A DNA stretch of 64,000 nt from the NCBI GenBank assembly GCA_963843795.1, contig CAWJLW010000010.1, positions 186,001 to 250,000 of the forward strand, read 5' to 3'. Position 1 is the first letter of the stretch. Every line of letters begins with the position of its first letter. Below the pieces are notes generated by a model. That model had not been told where the DNA came from. It saw only the letters and a program-made list of their open reading frames with translations, and did no database searches. This document shows, in pieces, positions 30,819 to 40,379 of this stretch. This stretch comes from an uncultured bacterium. Lineage in GTDB: Bacteria > Armatimonadota > Abditibacteriia > Abditibacteriales > Abditibacteriaceae. Position numbers and translations under genes: made by a program.

Positions 30819-31736
30819 TCAGACTTTTTCCGCCACATTACGCCCCAAAATGCCCGCCGGACGCAACAGCAAAACCACGATCAAAACCGCGAAAGCAATT
30901 GCATCGCGATACTGCGAATACGGCGTAGCGGCGACCGCCGTTTCGGCAAAACCCAGCAACAGACCGCCCAAAACCGCGCCACCAATGCTGCCGATGCCGC
31001 CCAGAACCGCCGCGACAAACGCTTTGAGACCGGCCATGCTGCCCATCAGCGGATCAATCGAGGGCTGATAAACCGAATTCATCACGCCCGCCGCGCCGCC
31101 CAGGGCCGAACCCAGAGCAAAAGTGAACGCGATCACGACATCGGTGTTGATGCCCATCAAAGACGCGGCCTGACGGTCTTGCGCGACAGCGCGCATCGCG
31201 CGGCCCATCGGCGTTTTGAAGATAATGAATTGCAGCAGCAGCATCAAACTCAACGCGACGACGACGATAGCGATTTGCGTCCACGTCAGACGAAAATCGG
31301 GCGTATCAATCACCGCGCCGGGCGGAATCAGGGCGGGAAAGCCGCGCGGATCGGGCGAAAAAATCATCTGCCCGCCGAATTGCAGCAGCATCGAAACGCC
31401 GATGGCGGTAATCAAAGCGGTCAGGCGCGGCGAGTTGCGCAGCGGTCGATACGCCAAACGCTCGGTGAGCATTCCGGCCAGCGCACAAGCGATCATCGAA
31501 AACAAAAACACGCCCGCGACGGCGAGGGGGTTGGCGTTCAAGCCTTTGTTGGTGGCTGCCGTAATGCCCAACCATTGCGAAGCGTAAAAGCCGCCGAACG
31601 CGCCCAGCATATAAATTTCGCCGTGCGCGAAGTTGATGAAGCGCAGCACACCATAAACCATGGTGTAGCCCAGCGCGATGAGAGCGTAAATCGAACCCTG
31701 CATCAAACCGTTGACAAACTGTTGAAGCAATTCCAT
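30819..31736 (-). CDS. livH: Branched-chain amino-acid ABC permease
   Basis: NGLMQGSIYALIALGYTMVYGVLRFINFAHGE, GLKAFVAAVLGGIGS. Confidence 0.94.
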   Translation of the reverse strand: MELLQQFVNGLMQGSIYALIALGYTMVYGVLRFINFAHGEIYMLGAFGGFYASQWLGITAATNKGLNANPLAVAGVFLFSMIACALAGMLTERLAYRPLRNSPRLTALITAIGVSMLLQFGGQMIFSPDPRGFPALIPPGAVIDTPDFRLTWTQIAIVVVALSLMLLLQFIIFKTPMGRAMRAVAQDRQAASLMGINTDVVIAFTFALGSALGGAAGVMNSVYQPSIDPLMGSMAGLKAFVAAVLGGIGSIGGAVLGGLLLGFAETAVAATPYSQYRDAIAFAVLIVVLLLRPAGILGRNVAEKV

Positions 31737-31858
31737 AAGAAAAATCCGCACCACAAAGAGAACTTCACGCACGGCATCCCCAATTTTAGCAGATGAAGCC
31801 TATCAATGTGTTAGCACTAAGTGTTAGCGCTAAGTCTCACAGCACGAAAACCAATAGC

Positions 31859-31892
31859 AAAAGGCTTCTGCAAGTACTTGCAGAAGCCTTTT
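31859..31892. terminator. Palindrome-centred terminator
   Basis: aaaaggcttct-gcaagtacttgc-agaagcctttt. Confidence 0.85.
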
Positions 31893-31930
31893 CAACCCGT
31901 CTTTCCTAACGAAAAGAGTCAGTAAGTTAT

Positions 31931-32752
31931 TTAAGAGACAATAAATGGCTTGACGCGCTCTAAAATGGCATCCATCGGCAGTGGCAGTTCAAGGTCGCGC
32001 GGCGCAAAAACGCTGCCGTAGTAGAAACGAATCAGGCCGGTGTGACGCGTTTCATTGCCGTAAATTGAGGCCGCGAAGTTCAGCACATCGCGACGGCGCA
32101 CGAGAGCAGCCTGTCCCAGATACGCGCTGACGCCAGTTTCTTCCAAAGCCGTTGCCGTTTTCAAAAACGCGACCTGCGAAATAAAGGCTTCACTGGGGAA
32201 CTGAAAATTCGGCTTCTCGACTGGCGTGCCGCCCAGTTTGCGAATTGCATCGGAGACGGCGCCGACGTGCGTGGTTTCATCGCGCTGTAAGACGCGCGCG
32301 ATTTCTTTGGGACGACCCTTCAAGAATTCGCGGTTGGTATCGGCCTCAACCACGCGAGTGTAGAATTCAGCTTCCAAATACTCCAGCGTCAAAGCGTAAT
32401 TCAAAATCGCCACATCATTGGCTTCATTAGCGCCGGGATTTTCGACCTGCATAACCATTCCGGCTTCAGGAATTCCGCCCGGGCCACTCATCGTGCCCAT
32501 CGGCGCGGCGTTCATTGCAGATTCACCTGGGGATAAGGGCTGCGTATCCTTGGCCGTGTTGCCCATCGTGTCTTGCGCGAGGGCACTACGAGCTACGCCC
32601 AATCCGCTTATGGCAGCGGCTGCGGCACCCAAACCAGAGCGTAAAAACAAGCGGCGTGAGGCGGGGGACTCATTGTGATCCCGCTCGCGGTGATCCTGCT
32701 CGCGGTGATCCTGCTCGCGTTCGTCATGAAAATTAAGTTCGTGATTCATCAA
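31931..32752 (-). CDS. Tat-exported ferritin-like domain protein
   Basis: SRRLFLR Tat motif; LNYALTLEYLEAEFY, DETTH, ALEETGVSAYLG, NETRH. Confidence 0.88.
   Translation of the reverse strand: MMNHELNFHDEREQDHREQDHRERDHNESPASRRLFLRSGLGAAAAAISGLGVARSALAQDTMGNTAKDTQPLSPGESAMNAAPMGTMSGPGGIPEAGMVMQVENPGANEANDVAILNYALTLEYLEAEFYTRVVEADTNREFLKGRPKEIARVLQRDETTHVGAVSDAIRKLGGTPVEKPNFQFPSEAFISQVAFLKTATALEETGVSAYLGQAALVRRRDVLNFAASIYGNETRHTGLIRFYYGSVFAPRDLELPLPMDAILERVKPFIVS
32675..32719. repeat. In-frame 15-bp tandem repeat x3 (REQDH)
   Basis: gtgatcc(c/t)gctcgcg three times. Confidence 0.9.
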
Positions 32753-33519
32753 AGACCTCCTCGGCGGGCGCCACCCTTAAAACCATATTTTGCCAAACGG
32801 TTGCCCACGGTTTGCGGTGAAATCTGCACTTCGAACGACATTGGAATCGGGTCTAGGCCCGCCAATTCGCGCAGCACCACTAGATGACGGCCATCGACCC
32901 CAGCAATCGCCGCAGCGGGTTCGAGCAAGGTGCGCTTTTCGCGCAACAAATCAACCGCACCGTGATAAGCACCCACCGAATTTTCTTTGATTTCCACGGC
33001 CAAATTGTACATTTTCTGGCGGTCGCGGAACGCGCTGCCCGGAAAAGTAAAGTTGCGCGGACGGCTCGAAGCCGACGCGTTGGACGAATTGAAACGCCCA
33101 CCGGCACGCGCACCGATGCGGTTGCGCAGAGCTTCCAGCGCTTCAAAATGAGCGCGATCTTGCGAAGCAATCGCGTTGAAAACGCCGCGTTCGCGCGAGG
33201 TCAATTCCTGATAAACCGCGGAAACCGTGACGCGCGTAAAAAACTCGGATTGAAATTCTTCCAGTTCGTGCGCATAATTAAGCACGATGGGATCCAAATC
33301 CAGAAACTTTTTCAAGCCATCCAGAATGTCGGCGCGTGCGCCACTGGCAATTACAGTTGTAGCGCCAGCGACTGCGCCCAAAGCCAGAAAACGGCGACGC
33401 GTCAGGCTATCGAAACCGGTGCGTTCGAGAATCGACTCCAGTTTTGTATCCGCTTCATGGACCGGAATTTCGTCTAGCGAAATTTCCGCTGCGGAGTGTG
33501 ACAAAGAATTTTGCGACAT
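32749..33519 (-). CDS. Tat-exported ferritin-like domain protein (paralogue of neighbour)
   Basis: TRRRFL Tat motif; LNYAHELEEFQSEFF, QDRAH, KENSVGAYHG, VDGRH. Confidence 0.82.
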   Translation of the reverse strand: MSQNSLSHSAAEISLDEIPVHEADTKLESILERTGFDSLTRRRFLALGAVAGATTVIASGARADILDGLKKFLDLDPIVLNYAHELEEFQSEFFTRVTVSAVYQELTSRERGVFNAIASQDRAHFEALEALRNRIGARAGGRFNSSNASASSRPRNFTFPGSAFRDRQKMYNLAVEIKENSVGAYHGAVDLLREKRTLLEPAAAIAGVDGRHLVVLRELAGLDPIPMSFEVQISPQTVGNRLAKYGFKGGARRGGL

Positions 33520-33762
33520 ATCGAGCTCCTCATTGGGGAGAATTTCTTCGCGCGATGCCCTTTCTTTTATCTGGTCGGCATACGCACTCAGATATAACCC
33601 CTTTTCATTACAAGATGCGGGCCACGTTCCCCAAAAAATAAACTTTTGTCGAAAAAACGTTAAGCCTTGATAGCCATCCCATTTTGAATTAATTTGTCAA
33701 AATCGCTGTTACACTGAGAGTTGTAGTTGCGGATACTTGCTGTTGAATTTCGGGGAAAACTT

Positions 33763-35196
33763 ATGGCATTGATGGAATCGGCTCCATGGGAAGACGATGC
33801 AGAGCTGCGTTCAACGCTTGGGCTGTTAGCGGGAGCGCTCTGGGAACAACACGATCAGGTGTTGCAGTTGTGGCGCACCAATATGGAAAATGACGCCACA
33901 TTGGATACCAGCGCCAAGTTTTCGTGGAGCCAGTTCGCCGACCATGTTCCCGATATTTTGCGGCTTTTATGCGATCAATGGCGCAATTGGCCGCATTCCA
34001 ATCACGAAACCGAGCGCGAGCGCCAGACCGCGCGAGCGCATTCCCAGCATCGCTGGCAACAAGGCTATGACATTCGGTCGTTAACGCGCGAATGGGGACA
34101 TTTCAATGCGGCGCTGCTGGCGATCATCGACCATATCATTTTCGATCAGGCCACCGTTTCGTCCAATGGCAAGGTTCACTCGATGGTATCTGATGAAGTC
34201 GCCGCGCATCCGGTTAGCCTGGGACAAGCCGGACGTTTGGCACGGGCGATGGCCGCGCAAATGCTGACCGAAAGCATGAGCGGAAGCATTGTGCAATATT
34301 CGGAACTGCTGCAAACCGAAGCCTTGGTGCGCGGACGCGAAATGGAAGCGGTTATTGAACATTTGCGCCAAGAAGAGCGCGCTCGCGGGCAGATTTTGCG
34401 CGAAGCCGCTCACGATTTGCGCGGCAGTCTGGGTATCTTGACCGGTAGCACTTCAATTATTGACCACGAAAATTTGCAGGGCAATGAACGTGCTCAAGTA
34501 CATCGTTTGCTGCAAAGCGGCGTGCGTTCGCTCCAAGATATGATGACCGATCTCATCGACTTATCGCGCCTTGAAGCCGGTGCCGAAAAGTTGCACCTGC
34601 AAACGTTCGACGTGGCGCGCGCACTGCGCGAACTGTGCGAAACCACGCGCCCGCTCGCCCACAGCAGAAATCTCGAGCTGCACTGTCTGGGAACGGAAAC
34701 TTTGCAGGTCGAAGGCGACGAAATCAAAGTGCGCCGCATCGCCCAAAATTTGCTGCTCAATGCCATCAACTATTCGCAAGACGGCCACATTTATTTGAAG
34801 TGGCAAGAGCACGACAAAGATCACTGGGCGCTCACTGTGCAAGACAACGGGCCCGGTTTTCTCGACGATTCGCCCATTGCCAGCGCCATCAAACGGGCAA
34901 CTGATGTGGCACGCGATGTCGACCAGAGCCACGCTGGCGAGAACGAACCAACCGTCGCGAGCCACATCGAAAACGCGCAAAGCGCAGCCACTGCAAACGC
35001 AAATACAACCAGTCAATCCGCTTCGCGCGCGCAGGGCGAAGGCGTGGGTTTGACGATTGTCAAGCGTTTGTGCGCGCTGATGAACGCCCGCATCGAACTC
35101 GATTCTCAGCCCGAAACCGGTTCCACATTCCACATCATCCTGCCGCGCAGTTATTCCACTTATCACGCCGACGAATTCACCAGCACCACGACATAA
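33763..35196 (+). CDS. Sensor histidine kinase (RsbRD-like N-terminus)
   Basis: AHDLRG H-box, NLLLNAINYS, VQDNGPG, GVGLTIVKRL. Confidence 0.9.
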   Translation: MALMESAPWEDDAELRSTLGLLAGALWEQHDQVLQLWRTNMENDATLDTSAKFSWSQFADHVPDILRLLCDQWRNWPHSNHETERERQTARAHSQHRWQQGYDIRSLTREWGHFNAALLAIIDHIIFDQATVSSNGKVHSMVSDEVAAHPVSLGQAGRLARAMAAQMLTESMSGSIVQYSELLQTEALVRGREMEAVIEHLRQEERARGQILREAAHDLRGSLGILTGSTSIIDHENLQGNERAQVHRLLQSGVRSLQDMMTDLIDLSRLEAGAEKLHLQTFDVARALRELCETTRPLAHSRNLELHCLGTETLQVEGDEIKVRRIAQNLLLNAINYSQDGHIYLKWQEHDKDHWALTVQDNGPGFLDDSPIASAIKRATDVARDVDQSHAGENEPTVASHIENAQSAATANANTTSQSASRAQGEGVGLTIVKRLCALMNARIELDSQPETGSTFHIILPRSYSTYHADEFTSTTT

Positions 35197-35323
35197 GGCG
35201 CGCAATAAAGCGCGCAGCAAGTAGCGGCAAGTACTTGCTGCGCGCGCTCGTCACGGTTTCACGACGAGAATGTATGCCGTCAAACTGATTTTCTCCATTT
35301 TCCGACATTTTCCGATTTTTATA

Positions 35324-36007
35324 ATGCTTTCTTCAATTTCCAACGCTTCAGACAAATCGACCGCGCTGAGAACCGAAGCCATCGTTTTCGATTTCGACGG
35401 TACACTCGCCGATACTTTGCCCTTAATTACCGCTTCGTGGAACGCCGCCCTGCGCGATTTTCTGCCGCGTCCGCATACCGTCGAAGACGTGGTCGCACGC
35501 TTTGGCCCGACCGAAGAAAATATGCTGCGCGCTCATCTGCACGCTCACGACCAAGCCACAGTCGATGCCGCCATCGAGCGTTATTTCGCGCACTACACCA
35601 GCGCGCACGCTTTGGTGCAGCCGTTCGAGGGCGTAACGGAAATGCTGCATCAAACGCGCGCGCGCGGTTATAAGTGCGGTTTAATGACCGGCAAAGCGCA
35701 CCGTGCCGCGATGATTACCCTGGAACTTTTGGGCTGGCAAGACGAGTTCGAAGTCATCATTACCGGCGACGACATCGCGCGCGCCAAGCCCGACCCTGAA
35801 GGCATTTTTAAAGCCTTGCAAGTACTTGCCACACCGCCCGAACGCGCGATTTATCTTGGCGATATGGAGTTCGATATCGAAGCCGCCCGCGCCGCCGGCT
35901 GCCGCGCCTTTGCCGCGGGCTGGCACGCCCACGACGCCGCCTCTTTGCGCGCTACCCAACCCGATGCATGGCTGGAAAAACCCGAAGATTTGTGGCGTTT
36001 TGTGTAA
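35324..36007 (+). CDS. HAD-superfamily hydrolase
   Basis: FDFDGTLADT, TGK, KPDPEG, GDMEFD. Confidence 0.92.
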   Translation: MLSSISNASDKSTALRTEAIVFDFDGTLADTLPLITASWNAALRDFLPRPHTVEDVVARFGPTEENMLRAHLHAHDQATVDAAIERYFAHYTSAHALVQPFEGVTEMLHQTRARGYKCGLMTGKAHRAAMITLELLGWQDEFEVIITGDDIARAKPDPEGIFKALQVLATPPERAIYLGDMEFDIEAARAAGCRAFAAGWHAHDAASLRATQPDAWLEKPEDLWRFV

Positions 36008-36040
36008 ATTTGTGTAAATCAGGGCGCGAAACCAACCGAA

Positions 36041-36072
36041 AAATCCCGCTGCAAGTACTTGCAGCGGGATTT
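36041..36072. terminator. Bidirectional palindrome-centred terminator between convergent genes
   Basis: aaatcccgct-gcaagtacttgc-agcgggattt. Confidence 0.85.
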
Positions 36073-36128
36073 GTGCTTTCGATGAGGCTTCAGAATGAGA
36101 CTTCAGAATGAAGCTTCACGACGAGCAT

Positions 36129-37462
36129 TCACTCGTCTTCGTAATCGCTCATATCGTCGCCCATGCCGTTGGCATTATTACCATTGGGGCTTTGGATGAA
36201 AGCGGTGCGCGTGGCACCGTCCCAACGCACGATGGCGCCGCCACTTTCGGCGATGAAGCGCAGCGGCACCAGCACGCTACCCGCATACAATCACCGGTGG
36301 AGCTTGGAGCGAAAAAATGCGGCCATTGAGTGGCGGCTTGGGCCACTCCGACTTGCATGAGCAATTGATCCTGACCCACGGTCGCTAAAATGGTGCGATT
36401 GGCCGCATTGTATTGAACGTGCGCGCCCATCGCTTCGAACACGCCGCGCAGTGGAACCATGACCGCGCCATTGACTTCGACCGCGCCGGGCAACATTTTG
36501 CCGTCAATCGAAACATTGACCGGGCGCACCGCAGCGCCAGAATTCGTGGTCGGTTGTGCGTTCATCACATCAAAGGCGAAAACGACAATCATTGAAGCGC
36601 CTTTAGATTTGCGATTGGCAACCGTCATCGAGTAATTTTGGTCGCCTTGGGTTTGGCCATTCAGCATTGCAGTCGCACCTTGCTTGGTGGATTCGGCAAT
36701 GCGCTGACCGGCGCCATTGCTAAGATAAAGGTCGATATCGGTGGCACGTTCATCACCACTACCAGCAAATATTAGGTGCGGTGCGGTCTCAAATTTCACG
36801 TTGGGAATTCGAGCTGTCCCGTCTTGTTTAAGAACGGTTCCATACATGGCCCACGCGTTGTGAGCGTGATGGAAGCGCAACAAATTATCGAGGCTTTTAA
36901 GCTCTGCGGTCATTCCTTCTTCGGGTTTGGCCGCTTCGTTGAGCACGCTTAGCGGCAACGCGTATCCACCAGTGCGCCGCATTACAACCAGTGCGCACAT
37001 GCCCGAAGCATTGCGCGATTTGCGCAAACGCATCAGCAAATTATAGTTTCCTGTTGACTGAGGCACGTAACTGATGACCGACGGTTTGTTGGTGGGGGCC
37101 ATATCACGCGACAACAGCTTCCCAACCGAATTAGACACTTCCAGATCGATATTTTGCACCGTTTTATCGCCCGCCGCAAATATCAAATATTCCACACCTT
37201 TTTCCAGCGGATGAGTGGAGCGAATGAAGTCGCCGCGCTTAAGAACAGCCAGACCAAAACATACGCCGGTATCGAATCGATAAGGTTTGCTCGCCACCAG
37301 ATTGCGTGCTGCGCCCATTACACGCGTAACCGCTTGTTCGGCCAATAGAAATTCGCTGCTCAAAGTGGCGTTTGCAACCCGCACATTCGCCATGAGACCC
37401 AGCGCACTTGCCAGTAAGCAGCAGAGCGCTTTGAAAATTTGACGCTTGTATTTGAGATTCAT
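36129..37462 (-). CDS. Exported protein with two PPC-like repeats and a copper-amine-oxidase N-terminal (stalk) domain (C-terminal frameshift)
   Basis: Signal peptide; two DIDL-type repeats; VMVPLRGVFEAMGAHVQY, then VLVPLRFIAE in a shifted frame. Confidence 0.72.
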
Positions 37463-37515
37463 AACCTTTTCCTTGAAGATCAACAATTCACGAATTCCTG
37501 ATGATATCCACTGCA

Positions 37516-39157
37516 TCACGTCCGCACCGCCACCCGATGGACGCGAACGTTTGGGCGTGGTGCGACGGGGTGTTGTGCGAGGGCGTGGTGGAGTGGTGTT
37601 GTGCGACGTGGCGCGGGACGGCTGGGCGTTGATCCGCGCGTGGTCGATTTTCTCTCAACCGGTTGGCTTTCACGTCGCACCGGTCTCGCGGTAGGTCTGG
37701 CCGTTGGCTTTGGTGTCGGTCTGGCCGTCGGTGTCGGTGCGGGCCGTTCGGTTGCCAGCGGCGTAATCGCCGGTTCGGGCATGTTGTTAATTGGGAAGCC
37801 ACTGCCAAACGACGGATCATCCGCGTTATCGTCTTTTTTCGTCCCGCTCGATGTGGGGGCCGAAGTGGATGCGGAAGCCGGCGCGCGAGTTGGTTCGCCC
37901 GACAAGGCTTCGGTCACCGGTGCGCGGGTAACGGTGTTGTCGGTCACAGCATTGGTGGCTCCAGCGCCAGTTCCACCGCGCGATGAGAGGGCGATAAAAA
38001 GCATCACAACCAAAAACGTCAGCGCCGCACCCAGCGCAATTTGGGGCGAAAGCCACGGCGGCGGCCACTGCATTGGTGCTTTGGCAATCGGTGACTTGCG
38101 AGAGTGAACCTTGCGAGAGTGGCGCTTGTGTGGTTGTTGCCTGGGGCACTTCGGAGGTGGGAACAATCAGGGAATTGGTTGGGTTGATGACGCCATTCAC
38201 TGCATCAGGGTGGTCGGCCACGCTGGTTTCGGGCTCTGAGGCGCGAGGTGCGCCTTTGGCAAACGAGGTAAATTCGCCGATGGTCGGCTCTTGCGATAGA
38301 TTTTGGCTGGGCAAAGCGACCACGACTTTCTCGGCTGGCAAGCTGGTCAGTGTTGGCTCGATGCTGGCGCGGAACTCCGCGACCGATTGAAAGCGGTCGG
38401 AAGCTTTTTTGGAAAGCGCTTTGAGGATGGCCGCTTCGATGGCGGGCGGCAGATCCTCGCTCAGTTCGCGCGGCGGGCGCGGCGCCAGTTCGAGATGCGA
38501 GCGCATGATTTCGTAATCGCTCGTCCCCGAAAACGGCACTTTGGCCGTTGTGAGTTCGTGCAGCAGAATTCCCAGCGCATAAATATCGCTGCGCGCGTCC
38601 TGCTCTTCGCCGCGCACCTGTTCGGGCGACATATATTCGAGCGTGCCAATGACTTTGCCGGTTTTGGTCAGATGCTGACCACCCATCACGCGCGCGATGC
38701 CGAAATCGGTGATTTTCACCAGACCTTCGTCGTTCAACATCAAGTTGGCGGGTTTGATGTCGCGGTGAATCACGTTGCGCGCGTGCGCGTGCTCGAAACC
38801 GCGCAGCGCCTGACAAAACCAGTCCAGCGCGGTGCGCAAAGGCAGTTTGCCCTCGCGTTTCAACAATTCTTCGAAAGTCGCGCCCTGCACGAACTCCATC
38901 ACCATGTAATAATCCTGCCCAACTTCGAGAAAGTTGTGCAGAATGGCGATATTGGGATGATTCAAACGCGCCAACGTCACGGCTTCGGAACGGAAACGTT
39001 CGAGCCAACCGGCGTCTTGCGTGGCGAAGCGGTGAAGTACTTTGAGCGCGACTTCGCGTTCGAGCATGGTATCGAGCGCGCGGTAAACTTCGCCCATTCC
39101 GCCCGCGCCCAGCTTGTTCTCGATGCGATATTGGCCAATCGTACTCCCGATCATCAT
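37516..39157 (-). CDS. Membrane Ser/Thr protein kinase (PknB-like; frameshift near 38090)
   Basis: LGAGGMGEVY, VALKVL, HRDIKPANL, DFGIAR, YMSPEQ; TM helix and Pro/Thr/Arg-rich tail in the next frame. Confidence 0.92.
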
Positions 39158-40245
39158 GCCGTTTCCTCCGCCGACAACGCAATTTCTCGCGCCGCTGGCA
39201 ATTCTTTGGTTTCTGGCAATTCCTTGGTTTCGGACAATTCTTTGGTTTCGGGTATCTCAACGTTCGGGGCTTCTTCCACATCCGACGGCTCCGACGCGGA
39301 AACTTCCGGCGTGGAAATTTCTGCCGTAGAAATTTCTTGCTTGGTCAGCTCGCGCGCGTGCAGAATGGCAACGGTGATATTGTCGTAGCCTCCGCGCGCT
39401 TTGGCTTGTTCGACCAAGGTTTCGCAGGCGGCTTGTGGCTCGTGGGCAAGTACTTGCGCGGCGATAAAATCGTCGTCGAGCAGATCGCACAAACCATCCG
39501 AGCACAATAAAAACCGATCATCATCGCGCACGATCATCGCTTCGCTCCAAACCTCGACTTCAACAGTGGGATGCAAACCCAAAGCGCGCGTGATCAGATT
39601 TTTTTCCGGATGATGGCGTGCCTGCTGGGTTGTGAGCGCGCCCTGTCGCACCATTTCCATGACCGCCGAATGATCTTGCGACAATTGATAAATCGCGCCG
39701 CCGCGCACCAAATACAAACGGCTATCTCCGACGTGCGCGGCAAACGCGTGGTGTCCGCGCACCAGAAGCGTCGTGCAGGTCGTGCCCATGCGATGTTGAT
39801 TTTTTTCCGCGCTGGCCGCACTATGAATCGCCGCATTGGCATTTTCCAACGCCGTGCGCAAAAGCTCGGTGGGCGCGTTCAAATATGGGGGCGCTGCCGC
39901 GTAATACTCGCGACACACGGTTTCGACTGCCAGCGCGCTGGCGATTTCGCCACCCGCGTGACCTCCCATGCCATCGGCCACGATTACGAAAACTCCGCGC
40001 TGCGCCCGCTCTGACGCGCTTTCGGGCACAATGGCACGCGCGCTATCTTCGTTGCCTTCGCGCACGCAACCCACATCGGTGTGCAAGCCGATCACGCACT
40101 CGAAAATTTCCTTGTCGGGGAAAATATCATATGGCGAAGAATCGCTTTGAGAAGAATCGAAAGATGGCGCTTCAACGGGCAATGCCTCGAATGCCTCGAA
40201 TGCCTCGTGAGTTTTGACAGCGCGCTTTTTCCACCAATCGAACAT
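39154..40245 (-). CDS. PP2C-family Ser/Thr phosphatase
   Basis: DVGCVREGNED, VADGMGGH, HVGDSRLY, LCSDGL, GYDNIT. Confidence 0.94.
   Translation of the reverse strand: MFDWWKKRAVKTHEAFEAFEALPVEAPSFDSSQSDSSPYDIFPDKEIFECVIGLHTDVGCVREGNEDSARAIVPESASERAQRGVFVIVADGMGGHAGGEIASALAVETVCREYYAAAPPYLNAPTELLRTALENANAAIHSAASAEKNQHRMGTTCTTLLVRGHHAFAAHVGDSRLYLVRGGAIYQLSQDHSAVMEMVRQGALTTQQARHHPEKNLITRALGLHPTVEVEVWSEAMIVRDDDRFLLCSDGLCDLLDDDFIAAQVLAHEPQAACETLVEQAKARGGYDNITVAILHARELTKQEISTAEISTPEVSASEPSDVEEAPNVEIPETKELSETKELPETKELPAAREIALSAEETA
39195..39252. repeat. In-frame 18-bp tandem repeat x3 (PETKEL)
   Basis: ctggcaattc(t/c)ttggttt-type units. Confidence 0.85.
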
Positions 40246-40379
40246 AATGAGCCTTTGTCAAATCGTAGATTTAGGTCATCGAACTCACTTCGCCGTTTTC
40301 AATCCAACGAAATTATCCCAGCAAGTACTTGCGGCAAGTATTTGCAAGCGGGAGCCCTTGGCAAGCTACTGACGGGAAG

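Noticed and set aside
2258..39388. Long antisense ORFs (e.g. 2258-3361, 17639-18508, 38303-39388)
   Set aside because: Shadow ORFs opposite well-supported genes in GC-rich DNA, with no recognisable motifs.
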